From Planctomycetia bacterium (lineage in GTDB: Bacteria; Planctomycetota; Planctomycetia; Pirellulales; UBA1268), in the NCBI GenBank assembly GCA_037129475.1, contig JBAXUY010000003.1:8398-72397 (forward strand): a stretch of 64,000 nt of DNA, in the 5' to 3' direction. Made by a program: the position numbers and the translations under genes. The notes beneath the pieces were generated by a model, which saw only the letters and a list, made by a program, of their open reading frames with translations, was not told the DNA's origin and did not search any database. The stretch's first letter is position 1; every line of letters starts with the position of its first letter. Positions 10,094 to 22,300 of this stretch are shown piece after piece.

Positions 10094-11395
10094 ATGAGTG
10101 AACCAGTGCGGGTTGGCGTCGTCGGCATGGGAACCGTGGGCTCGGGCGTGGTGCGCCTGCTCGTGGAGTCGGCGGACCACATCGAGCGGCATGCCGGCCG
10201 GCCGATCGTCGTCGCCAGGGCGGTGGTGAAAGACGTCGCCAAGGCGCGGAGCGTGGACGTGCCAGGGGGCAACCTGTCGGCCGACTACCGCGACGTGTCG
10301 CGGGATCCGTCGATCTCAGTGGCGGCCCTGCTCGTGGGCGGCCTCGAGCCCGCGCGGACGATCATGATCGACCTGCTCGAGCACGGGAAGGACGTCGTCA
10401 CGGCGAACAAGGCACTGCTGGCCGAGCATGGCCCCGAACTCTTCGAACTCGCCCGGCGGAAGGGGCGGTCGATCGCGTTCGAGGCGGCCGTGGCCGGCGG
10501 GATCCCGATCGTCGCCGCGATCGGCGAATGCCTCGCAGCCAACCGCATCGAAAGCATTCGCGGCATCTTGAACGGCACGAGCAACTTCATCCTCACTCGG
10601 ATGGAGGAAGACGGGGCCGACTATGCCGACGTGCTCAAGCTCGCGCAGCAGAAGGGCTACGCGGAGGCGGATCCGTCGATGGACGTCGACGGCACCGACG
10701 CCACGCAGAAGCTCGCGATCCTCGCTCACCTCGCGTTTGGCGTGTGGGTGCCGTGGGGCGAGATTCCGCGCATGGGCATCGAGGGGATCGACCTCGGTCT
10801 GTTGCAGTATGCCGCCGAGCTCGGCTATCGGATCCGGCTCGTGGCGGTGGCCAGCCGCAGCGACGGCCGGCTGGCGATGCGGGTGGCCCCCGCGCTCGTG
10901 AAGCAGGGCACGCCGCTCGCGGAAACCCGTGGCGCCTACAACGCCGTGAGCATCGTCGGCGATGCCGTGGGGCGGATGTTTTTCCACGGCCTGGGTGCCG
11001 GGCAGATGCCGACGGCGTCGGCCGTGGTCGCCGACATCATCGATACCGTCGTCGGCCGGGCCGCCATCACGTTCAAGACGACGGGCGTGCTCACCGCTGA
11101 TTCGCCCGCGGCCCGGATCGCCGGCGTCGACATGCTGGAGCGGCATTTTTTGCGCATCCGCGTCAAGGACCGCCCGGGCGTGCTCGCCCGGATCACGGGC
11201 ATCCTCGGCGAACACGGCATTTCGATCGCCTCCGTGATCCAGCACGACGCAAGCCAGGCGGGCGATGCCACGGTGCCGCTGGTGATCATGACGCACCCCT
11301 GCGGCTCGAACGCGATCAGCAAGGCGATCGACCACATCGACGCCGCCGACGTCGTCAGCGGGCGGAGCGTCTGCCTGAGCGTCCTCGACGAATGA
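10094..11395 (+). CDS. hom: Homoserine dehydrogenase
   Basis: MSEPVRVGVVGMGTVGSGVVRLL (NAD-binding), TANKALLA, GILNGTSNFILT, C-terminal ACT domain. GAGGAG lies upstream of the ATG at 10094. Confidence 0.9.
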   Translation: MSEPVRVGVVGMGTVGSGVVRLLVESADHIERHAGRPIVVARAVVKDVAKARSVDVPGGNLSADYRDVSRDPSISVAALLVGGLEPARTIMIDLLEHGKDVVTANKALLAEHGPELFELARRKGRSIAFEAAVAGGIPIVAAIGECLAANRIESIRGILNGTSNFILTRMEEDGADYADVLKLAQQKGYAEADPSMDVDGTDATQKLAILAHLAFGVWVPWGEIPRMGIEGIDLGLLQYAAELGYRIRLVAVASRSDGRLAMRVAPALVKQGTPLAETRGAYNAVSIVGDAVGRMFFHGLGAGQMPTASAVVADIIDTVVGRAAITFKTTGVLTADSPAARIAGVDMLERHFLRIRVKDRPGVLARITGILGEHGISIASVIQHDASQAGDATVPLVIMTHPCGSNAISKAIDHIDAADVVSGRSVCLSVLDE

Positions 11396-11414
11396 ACCAC
11401 CGCGAGCAGCAGCC

Positions 11415-12658
11415 ATGAAGTACGTGATCGTGATTCCCGACGGCGCGGCCGACGCCCCGCAGGACGCGCTCGGCGGCAAGACGCCGTTTCAGGCGGCCCG
11501 CACGCCGGCCCTCGACGCGCTCGCCGCCCGCGGCAAGGTTGGCCTCACGAACCACGTTCCCGAGAGCCTGCCGCCCGGTTCCGAGGTGGCCTGCATGAGC
11601 CTGATGGGCTACGACCCGCTCACGTATTTCACCGGCCGGGCGCCGCTCGAGGCGGCCGCGCAGGGCATCGTGCTCGGGCCCCACGACTGGGCCGTGCGGT
11701 GCAACCTCGTGACGATCTCACCGGCCGAGGGCGGTCCGGTGATGGAGGACTTCACGGCAGGGCACATCTCGACCGAGGAGGCGACGGAGCTGCTCGCTGC
11801 CTGTCAACGCGGGCTGGCCGCCGAATTTCCCGGCCTTGCCGGCTGGGAATTCAAGCCCGGCGTGAGCTACCGCAACCTGCTCATCCATCGTGGGCGAGCC
11901 GATGCGCCGGCGCCGCTCTCGGGCGACCTGCGGGCCACGCCGCCGCACGACCTCATGGACAAGCCCGTCGCCGACGCGTTTCCGCGCGGTTTCGGCAGCC
12001 GGCTGCTGGCCGACATCATGGGGCGGAGCGCCACGTGGCTCGCGGACCATCCCGTGAACAAGGCGCGGCTCGCTGCGGGCAAGCGGCCCGCCACGCACGT
12101 CTGGCTGTGGGGCGTGGGGAAGGCGCCGGCGTTCGAGCCGTTTGCCACGAAGTACGGCACGAGCGGTACGATGATCACAGCGGTCGACCTCCTGCGCGGC
12201 CTGGCAGCGCTTGCCGGCTGGAAGCGGCGCGAGGTGCCGGGCGCTACCGGCTATCTCGACACCGACTACGCAGCGAAGGGCCGGGCGGCGATCGACGAGC
12301 TCTCGCACACCGACCTCGTATGCGTGCACGTCGAGGCACCCGACGAGGCGAGCCACCAGGGGAATGCCGCGGAGAAGGTGAAGGCGATCGAGGAGATCGA
12401 TGCCAAGATCGTGGGCCCGATCGCGAAACACCTGGAGTCGCTCGGCGACCACCGGATCCTCGTCTGCCCCGATCACCCCACGTTCATCGCCACGAAGACG
12501 CACTCGCGCGGCCGGGTGCCGTTCGTGATCGCCGGCAGCGACATTGCCGCCGGAACGCAAAAAACCTACGACGAAGTGGCAGCGGCGGCGAGCAGCCAGG
12601 TGCTGGAGCCGGGCTGGAAACTGATGGGCATGTTTCTTGGAAAGGACGGGACGGTCTG

Positions 12659-12659
<1 letters not shown>
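11415..12659 (+). CDS. Cofactor-independent phosphoglycerate mutase homolog (archaeal ApgM type); proposed homoserine kinase by context
   Basis: MKYVIVIPDGAAD...TPLQAARTP-type N-terminus, and ...VHVEAPDEASHQGN...CPDHPT metalloenzyme motifs. It is sandwiched between hom and aspartokinase. Confidence 0.72.
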
Positions 12660-14780
<2,121 letters not shown>

Positions 14781-14795
14781 CAGTCGTATGGCGGC

Positions 14796-14850
14796 GTAGG
14801 GACGGAGCTCCAGCTCTGTCCGCTCGACAGGCCTGGAGGCCTGTCGCTAC
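14796..14850 (-). repeat. 55-bp double-hairpin REP-like element, single copy, inverted orientation
   Basis: GTAGGGACGGAGCTCCAGCTCTGTCCGCTCGACAGGCCTGGAGGCCTGTCGCTAC is the reverse complement of the 5741 and 15376 copies. It lies between convergent HIT and BFN genes. Confidence 0.85.
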
Positions 14851-14860
14851 GAGCCTGACC

Positions 14861-15262
14861 CTAGCCGAGCACGCTCTCGAGGACCTCTTCGGCAACGTAG
14901 ATCGGAAGATTCGGCTCGCAGGTCACCGCCACGGCGATCGCGTCGGATGGCCGGGCGTCGATCTCCACCATCTCGCCGTCCTTGAGGACACGGATCGTGG
15001 CGAAATAGGTGTGCTCCTTGAGCTCGCTGATCACCACGTCCTGGAACTCGCCGCCGAGCAATTCGACGCTCGCCACGAGCAGGTCGTGCGTGAGCGGCCG
15101 GGGCGATTGATGGTGCTTCACGCGACGGTCGATGCTGGTGGCCTCGAACAGGCCGATCAAGATAGGAAAGGTGCGGTCACCCTCGACCTCCTTGAGGTAC
15201 ACGACCTGCTGGTCGTTGATCTCGCTGATGATGATCCGCGAGAGTTCCATTTGGACGCTCAT
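14861..15262 (-). CDS. Bifunctional nuclease (BFN/DUF151) family protein
   Basis: MSVQMELSRIIISEINDQQVVYLKEVEGDRTFPILIGLFEATSIDRR...RPLTHDLL...DARPSDAIAVAV is the typical DUF151 pattern. Start at the internal Met of ORF 14861..15331. Confidence 0.75.
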   Translation of the reverse strand: MSVQMELSRIIISEINDQQVVYLKEVEGDRTFPILIGLFEATSIDRRVKHHQSPRPLTHDLLVASVELLGGEFQDVVISELKEHTYFATIRVLKDGEMVEIDARPSDAIAVAVTCEPNLPIYVAEEVLESVLG

Positions 15263-15375
15263 GTTTCTGCTCCGATGTGCGGCTGGAGGGCGAGTGACGC
15301 GTCCGACCGCCTGCGTCCACCCTGCGGCCAAGATTACCCGAAACTGGGCCCGGTTTCACCGGGCTGCCGCGATTC

Positions 15376-15610
15376 GTAGCGACGGGCCTCCAGGCCGGTC
15401 GGGTGGACAGAGCTGGAGCTCCGTCCCTACGCAATGTGGCGACAGGCCTCCAGGCCTGTCGGGTGGACAGAGCGGGAGCTCCGTCCCTACGCAATGTGGC
15501 GACGGGCCTCCAGGCCGGTCGGGTGGACAGAGCTGGAGCTCCGTCCCTACGCAATGTGGCGACGGGCCTCCAGGCCGGTCGGATGGACAGAGCTGGAGCT
15601 CCGTCCCTAC
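15376..15610 (+). repeat. Tandem array of four 55-bp double-hairpin elements (60-bp period, 5-nt GCAAT linkers)
   Basis: Copies at 15376-15430, 15436-15490, 15496-15550 and 15556-15610, near identical. The array lies between the valS stop and the BFN start. The last copy contains the valS stop codon (complement of 15607-15609). Confidence 0.9.
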
Positions 15611-18600
15611 GGCCGGCGGCTTTGCAGGGCGGCAAGCGTCTCGACGCCCTTGGCCAGCTTCGCCTCCAGTTCGGCGAGCTGCTCCCGCTCCTTCTGCACG
15701 ACCGGGGGCGGTGCCTTGGCGGAAAACTTCTCGTCGGCGAGCTTGGCCTGTTTGGCCTTGATGAAGCCGGCCGTCTTCTCGTTTTCCTTCGTGAGCCGGG
15801 TGATCTCGGCCCCCACGTCGATGAGGTCGGCCAGATCGACGAACACATCGCAGCCGGCGACGGTCGCCGTTGCCGCCCCGGCCGCCCCGACTGCCTCGGG
15901 ACCGGCTCCCGTGATCTCCGCGGCCGCCATCGAGGCCAGCGACGCGTGCATCGGGGCGAGCAGGTCGCTCGTGTCTCGTGACCCCCGGATCGCCACCTTC
16001 ACCTGCGTGCGCGGCGGCACGTTTTGCCGGGAACGGATCTCGCGGATCGCCCCGACCACGGCCAGGAACGTGCCGAACTGCCGCTCCGTGCGGTCGTCGA
16101 TCCACGCTGCCGGCGGGGTGGGCCAGGCTGCGGTCATGATCGTGGCGGAGAGGCCGGCCGCGTCCCACGGGAGCCGCCGGCTGCCGGCGATCTCGTGCAA
16201 GTGCTGCCAGATCTCTTCGGTCACGAACGGCATGATCGGGTGCAGGAGCCGGAGGATCGTGTCGAGCCCGAGAAGGAGCATCGCCTGGGCCTGCGGCCGT
16301 GTCGCGGGATCGGCGAGCCGGGCCTTACAGAGCTCGAGATACGCGCTGCAAAACTCGTCCCACGCGAAGGCGTAGAGGATGCGGGCCGCCTCGGCGAAGC
16401 GATACTCGTCGATCGCCCGCGTCGCGTCGCGGGTCACGCTCGCCAACCGGCTGGCCAGCCAGCGGTCTTCGAGGGCCGTCGGCTGTGCATCGAGCGAGCC
16501 CGCCGCAAAGCCCTCCAGGTTCATGAGCACGAACCGCGTGGCGTTCCAAAGCTTGTTGGAGAAATTCCGGCCCGACTCGAACCGCTCGGAGAGGGCTGGC
16601 CCGCGGGGCAGGGCCACGTCCTCCGGCTTCGTCGCCCACTGCGTGCGGAACGCCCCTTTGCACTTCGGGCACTCGACCCGCGGGAGCATCCGGTTCTGCG
16701 TCGTCTGCTCGATCCGGGCCTCGCAGTGCGGGCACTGAAATTCGACCGGCATCCGCACGTCCTGCGTCTCGGTGGCCATGCTGACCATTCCAAACCGAAG
16801 CGCGTCGGCGCCGAGCGCCTCGATCACGTCGAGCGGATCGACGCCGTTCCCCTTGCTCTTGCTCATCGTCTCGCCGTAGCGGTCGAGGATCTTGGGGTGG
16901 ATCGCGACGTCGCGAAACGGAATTGTTCCGGTGTCGAAGATTCCCATGATCACCATGCGGGCGACCCATAGCGTGATGATGTCGCGGCTGGTGACGAGCG
17001 TGGTCGTGGGATAAAAGCAGGCGAGCTCGGGCGTTGCGGCGGGCCAGCCCAGGGTGGAGTGCGGCCAGAGCGCCGACGAGAACCAGGTGTCGAGCACGTC
17101 GGGATCGCGGACGAGCGGCCTGCCCGCGATCGCCTCGAGGCTGAGCGATTCGTCGCGGGAGCAGACGTGCCAGCCCGCATCGCCGTCGCTCGTCCAAGAC
17201 ACGCCGTCGCGGCCCGCGAATGCCTGCGCCAGGTCGGCCTCGGCCACGCCGGCGACGTGCCAGATCGGGATCCGGTGGCCCCACCAGAGTTGGCGGCTCA
17301 CCGGCCAGTCGCGCTTCTCGCCCAGCCAGTCGAGATAACTCTTCGCATACCGCTCCGGAAAAATGCGCACGGCGCCGCTCGTAACCGCGTCGAGCGCGGG
17401 CTGGGCGATCTCGTCCATCCGAATGAACCACTGATCGGCGAGGTAGGGCTCGATCGGCGTCTTCGAGCGGTCCGAGTGCGCCAGTTCGATGATCCGATCC
17501 TCCACCTGCACGAGCTGGCCGGCGGCGTCGAGTTCGGCCACGACCTTCGTGCGGGCCTTCGGGATCGTGAGCCCGGCATACGGGCCCGCCTCGGCGTTGA
17601 GCGTGCCGTCGGGGTTGAGAATGTTCACCATCGGCAGGCTCTGCCGGCGGCCGACGTCGTAGTCGTTGGGGTCGTGGGCCGGGGTGATCTTCACGCAGCC
17701 TGAGCCCATCTCCGGTTTCGCCCATTCGTCGGCCACGAGCGGGATCGCCCGGCCGAGCAGCGGCAGCCGTACCTTCCGGCCCGCGCGGGCCATCGCGGCG
17801 AGCGTCTTCAGGAGAGGCAGGAGTTCGGTGCGTCGCACGGCGAGGTCGTCGAGCGTGCGGTCGATCTCGGCATGCTCCTTCGGATTGGCCTGTACTCGTT
17901 TCTCGCGCAGCGCCCCTTCGGCCGTATCGAGAGCGGCCGCGGGGTCGGGATGGACGGCGACAGCCGTGTCGCCGAGAAGCGTCTCCGGACGCGTGGTCGC
18001 CACGGTCACGCTCGCCGGCTCGCCCGGCTGCGGATCGATGACGTCGTAGCGGATGTGCCAGAAGTGACCCTTCACCTGCTCGTGAAACACCTCGTCGTCG
18101 CTGACGGCCGTCTGGAGGAACGTGTCCCAGTTCACGAGCCGCTTGCCGCGGCGCACGAGGCCCTTGCCAAAGAGGCGGAAAAACGCCTCGCGGACGGCGG
18201 CGGCGCACTGGTCGTCGAGCGTGAACCGCGTGCGATCCCAGTCGCAGCTCGCACCGAGGTCGCGGAGTTGGCCGAGGATCCGCTTTTCATACTGCTCCTT
18301 CCAGGCCCAGATCCGTTCCACGAGCTTCTCGCGGCCGAGGTCGTGCCGCGAGAGCTTTTCCTCTTCGAGCAGCCGCCGCTCGACGACGGCCTGCGTGGCG
18401 ATCCCGGCGTGGTCGGTGCCCGGCATCCAGAGCGTGAGGTAGCCCTGCATCCGCCGTGTGCGCACGAGCACGTCCTGGAGCGTGTTGTTGAGGGCGTGGC
18501 CGAGATGCAGCGCACCGGTGACGTTGGGCGGCGGGATGACGATCGAAAACACGGGCCGCCGGTCGCCCGCAGCAGCGGGCTCCGCGTGCCAAGTGCGGTC

Positions 18601-18669
18601 GGCGTCCCAGAGCGCACGGCAGCGGGCCTGGGCGGCCTTGTGGTCGTATTGCTTCGGCAGTTCGTGCAT
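15607..18669 (-). CDS. valS: Valine--tRNA ligase
   Basis: PPPNVTGALHLGHAL (HIGH), KMSKSKGN-type TMSKSKGN, editing domain, C-terminal coiled coil. Start at MHELPKQYD (18669). Confidence 0.95.
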   Translation of the reverse strand: MHELPKQYDHKAAQARCRALWDADRTWHAEPAAAGDRRPVFSIVIPPPNVTGALHLGHALNNTLQDVLVRTRRMQGYLTLWMPGTDHAGIATQAVVERRLLEEEKLSRHDLGREKLVERIWAWKEQYEKRILGQLRDLGASCDWDRTRFTLDDQCAAAVREAFFRLFGKGLVRRGKRLVNWDTFLQTAVSDDEVFHEQVKGHFWHIRYDVIDPQPGEPASVTVATTRPETLLGDTAVAVHPDPAAALDTAEGALREKRVQANPKEHAEIDRTLDDLAVRRTELLPLLKTLAAMARAGRKVRLPLLGRAIPLVADEWAKPEMGSGCVKITPAHDPNDYDVGRRQSLPMVNILNPDGTLNAEAGPYAGLTIPKARTKVVAELDAAGQLVQVEDRIIELAHSDRSKTPIEPYLADQWFIRMDEIAQPALDAVTSGAVRIFPERYAKSYLDWLGEKRDWPVSRQLWWGHRIPIWHVAGVAEADLAQAFAGRDGVSWTSDGDAGWHVCSRDESLSLEAIAGRPLVRDPDVLDTWFSSALWPHSTLGWPAATPELACFYPTTTLVTSRDIITLWVARMVIMGIFDTGTIPFRDVAIHPKILDRYGETMSKSKGNGVDPLDVIEALGADALRFGMVSMATETQDVRMPVEFQCPHCEARIEQTTQNRMLPRVECPKCKGAFRTQWATKPEDVALPRGPALSERFESGRNFSNKLWNATRFVLMNLEGFAAGSLDAQPTALEDRWLASRLASVTRDATRAIDEYRFAEAARILYAFAWDEFCSAYLELCKARLADPATRPQAQAMLLLGLDTILRLLHPIMPFVTEEIWQHLHEIAGSRRLPWDAAGLSATIMTAAWPTPPAAWIDDRTERQFGTFLAVVGAIREIRSRQNVPPRTQVKVAIRGSRDTSDLLAPMHASLASMAAAEITGAGPEAVGAAGAATATVAGCDVFVDLADLIDVGAEITRLTKENEKTAGFIKAKQAKLADEKFSAKAPPPVVQKEREQLAELEAKLAKGVETLAALQSRRP

Positions 18670-18767
18670 GATGATCGCGGGCTCGAAAACCTGCGAATGT
18701 AGCGAACGCCCGTGTGGTTTCGCCAGCATGATCGCCGCCGCAGCCCAGTCTCGACGGAGGATTCAAG

Positions 18768-19199
18768 ATGGCCTGGCTCCAGGAGCACGTGCGGCTCGCC
18801 CCGCGACGGCGCGGGTTTCACCTGATCACCAACGAGGTCGAGGCCGCGCTGCCGGGGCTCGCGCAGGTGCACGTCGGGCTGCTCCACGTGTTCATCCAGC
18901 ACACGTCGGCGAGCCTGTGCATCAACGAGAATGCCGATCCCGACGTGCCGCGCGACCTCGAGATGGCATTCAACGAGATCGCCCGTGAGGATTTCCCCTA
19001 CGTGCACACGGCCGAAGGCCCTGACGACATGCCAGCCCACGTGAAGGCCGCGGTGCTCGGCAGCTCCGTCACGGTGCCGATCTCCGCCGGCCGACTATGC
19101 CTCGGCACGTGGCAGGGGATCTACCTGTGTGAACACCGCGACCGGGGCGGACCCCGTCGACTCGTGCTCACCGTCCACGGGGAGGAAGCGGTCAAGTGA
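18768..19199 (+). CDS. YjbQ/UPF0047 family (secondary thiamine-phosphate synthase-like) protein
   Basis: GFHLITNEV...LHVFIQHTSASLCINENADPDV...HTAEGPDDMPAHVKAA..., 143 aa. Confidence 0.83.
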   Translation: MAWLQEHVRLAPRRRGFHLITNEVEAALPGLAQVHVGLLHVFIQHTSASLCINENADPDVPRDLEMAFNEIAREDFPYVHTAEGPDDMPAHVKAAVLGSSVTVPISAGRLCLGTWQGIYLCEHRDRGGPRRLVLTVHGEEAVK

Positions 19200-19309
19200 A
19201 TGACGCGTTTCGCGCACTCGATCAGGCGATTCTTCGACGGAGTGAAGCGATCGTGCATACTGAAAGCTCGTTTCCGGTTGCCGACGCGCCCTCTCGAGGA
19301 AGCCACCCT

Positions 19310-22300
19310 ATGTTGCGGTATGCGGTTTCTCGTGCCATTCGGCTCACGCGGCGGATCGCTGCGTTGCTGGCCGTCCTCATGCCCAATGTCGCCGCCGCCG
19401 AGCCGGCCCGGCTGGAACTGCGCCCACACGACCATGTCGTGATCGTGGGCAACACGCTGGCCGAGCGGATGCAGTATTTCGGGAACTTCGAGACGCTCCT
19501 TCACGCGAGATTTCCCAAGCACGAGTTGTATGTGCGCGACCTGGGCTGGTCGGCCGACGAGCTCACGATCCGCCTGCGGAGTCAGGGCTTCGCCGACCAC
19601 GGCAGCAACCTCGTCGATCATGCACCAGACGTCCTGATCGCGATGTTCGGCTTCAACGAGTCGTTCGCCGGGCCGGCCGGCGTGGCGAAGTTCGAGAAGG
19701 ATCTGGCAGCGTTCGTGAAAGACCCCTTCTCGATCGATCGCTACACATCGCCCGGTGGCAACTGGGACAAGGCGGCTGGCGGGAGCGCTCTCTCCGTCGC
19801 GAAGAAGCCCGTGCGGCAGGTCGTGCTGGTGTCGCCCACGGCGCACGAGAATCTGAAAAATCCGCATCTGCCCGACGGCGCGGACACCAACAAGAGCCTG
19901 GCCCTCTACACCGAAGCCATGCGAAAGGTGGCGGCCCGGGAAGGGACGGTATTCATCGATCTCTTCACGCCGAGCCTCGCAGCCATGCAGCGGTCGCCCA
20001 CGCCCTGGACGATCAACGGCATCCACATGAACGCCCACGGCGACGCCGAGATGGCGAAGCTGCTCGACGCCGGTCTCTTCGGCCCGGCAGCAGCCACCGC
20101 GACGGTCGACATGGGCAAACTGCTGGCCGCTGTCAACGAGAAGAATCTCCAGTTCTTCTACGACCACCGCGGCGTGAACGGCTGTTACATCTACGGCGGC
20201 CGGAAGAATCCGTACGGCACGGTGAATTTTCCCGCCGAGTTCAAAAAGCTCCGGGCCATGACGGCCGTCCGCGATCGCCGGGTCTGGGACGTGGCCCAGG
20301 GCAAGGACGTCCCCGAACGAATTGATGATTCCGGCACGGGAGAGATCCCGCCGGTGGAGACAAACGTGAAGTCACTGCCGCCGGCGACCACGCCGGCGGA
20401 GTCGCAGGCCATGCTGGAAATCCAGGCCGGCTACGAGGTGAATGTGTTCGCTTCGGAAGTGGAGTTTCCGAACCTGGCCAATCCCGTGCAGATGGCATTC
20501 GACGCACGGGGGCGGCTCTGGATCGCGACGATGCCCTGCTACCCGCAGTATTTTCCCGGCACACCCGTCGACGACAAGATCCTGATCTATGAAGACACCG
20601 ACGGCGACGGCAAGGCCGACAGGGAGACCGTGTTCGCCGGCGGGCTCCATCTGCCGACCGGCCTCGAGATTGCCGACGGCGGCTGCTACGTGGCCCAGGA
20701 GCCGAACCTCGTCTTCTTGAAGGACACCGACGGCGACGACAAGGCCGACGTCCGCGAGATCGTGCTCGACGGGTTCGACTCGGCCGATTCGCACCACGCG
20801 ATCGGGGCGTTTGCCAGCGACCCGGCCGGCGGCCTCCTCATGATGGAAGGCACGTTTCACCAGACGGCGGTGGAGACGATCCGCGGCCCGAAGCGGTGCT
20901 CGAACGCAGGCATCTTTCGCTTCGACCGGAAGCGCGCGCAGTTCGACGTGTTCGTGTCGTATGGCTTTGCCAATCCCTGGGGGCAGACGTTCGACCGTTG
21001 GGGCCAGTATTTCGTGGCCGACGCCTCGGGCGGGGCCAACTACTTCGGCACGGCCTTCTCGGGCGACGTCGACTATCCCCACAAGCATGGCAGCCTGAAG
21101 CAGTTTCTGCAGAAGCAGTGGCGGCCGACGTCGGGCTGCGAGTTCGTGTCGAGCCGGCAGTTTCCCGACGACGCCCAGGGCAACTACCTGCTCAACAACT
21201 GCATCGGGTTCCAGGGTGTGTTGCAATACAAGATGCGGGAAGACGGCTCCGGATACGCGGCCGATCCGGTCGATCCGCTGCTCAAGTCCAACGACCCCAA
21301 CTTCCGGCCGGTCGACCTGGAATTCGGTGCCGACGGCTGCCTGTATGTGGTTGATTGGTACAACCCGCTCGTGGGCCACATGCAGCACTCACTGCGCGAT
21401 CCGAATCGCGACCACGCCCACGGCCGGATCTGGCGGGTGAAGGCGAAGGATCGGCCGCTCGTGGTGTCGCCGAAAATCGCCGGCGAGCCGGTGGCGAAGG
21501 TGCTCGACGCGCTCAAGGCCTACGAGGATCGCACGCGGTATCGGGCGCGGGCTGAACTACGGGCCCGACCTGCCGCCGAGGTGATTCCTGCACTCGAAAA
21601 GTGGCTGGCCTCGATCGACCCAAAGGATCCCGACTTCCAGCACCATCTCGTCGAAGCGCTCTGGGTGTATCAGGCACAGGATGTCGTGAACGAACCGCTG
21701 CTGGACCGGCTCCTCGCCTCACCCGAGCCGAAGGCCCGCGCCGCGGCCACCCGCGTCCTGTCGTTCTGGCGCGATCGCGCGGACAACGTCTGCGGACGGC
21801 TGCGGCGGCTCGTGGCCGACGAGCATCCGCTCGTGCGCCTCGAGGGGGTGCGGGCCCTGAGCTTCTTCCGCGACCAAGAGGCGATCAACATCGCGATCGA
21901 ATCGCTCGTGATGCCGCAGGACGACTATCTGTCGTATGTCTTCCGAGAGACGATGCAAACGCTCTCACGACGGGTGCCGGCGGTGACGGCGGGCGGGGCG
22001 TCGGGGTCGGCCCGGCCGCTCGTCACGCTCCTCGAAGGCGGCCGGCTCCCTGCGAACCGCGTGGGCGACGCGGTCGGCATGCTCTTGCAACGTGGCGGCC
22101 CCGAGGAACTCGGCTGGCTCTTCGCCGAGTTCCTCGAGCCCAAGAAACTCGCCGACGGCCAGCGGTCCGCGATCGGCGCGGGCCTTGTGGAGGCTGCCAT
22201 CGAGCGCGGCATCAAGCCTGCCGGCAGCCTCGACGCCCTCAAGCCGCTGCTCGTGGGCCCCGACCGTGGTCTCCAGATTCCCGCGATCAAGCTCGCCGCA

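Noticed and set aside
11699-12658. The 906-aa ORF 11699..14419 suggests a giant aspartokinase fusion.
   Set aside because: The first ~320 aa are an out-of-frame read-through of the iPGM-like gene with an Arg/Gly-rich nonsense composition. The kinase begins with the canonical MALVVQKFGGTS at 12659.
15376-15610. The 60-bp-period repeat array could be mistaken for a CRISPR array.
   Set aside because: The units are directly adjacent, with only an invariant 5-nt GCAAT linker and no unique spacers. There are only 4 copies, no cas genes are present, and single copies of the same unit occur elsewhere in both orientations. It is a REP/BIME-like array.
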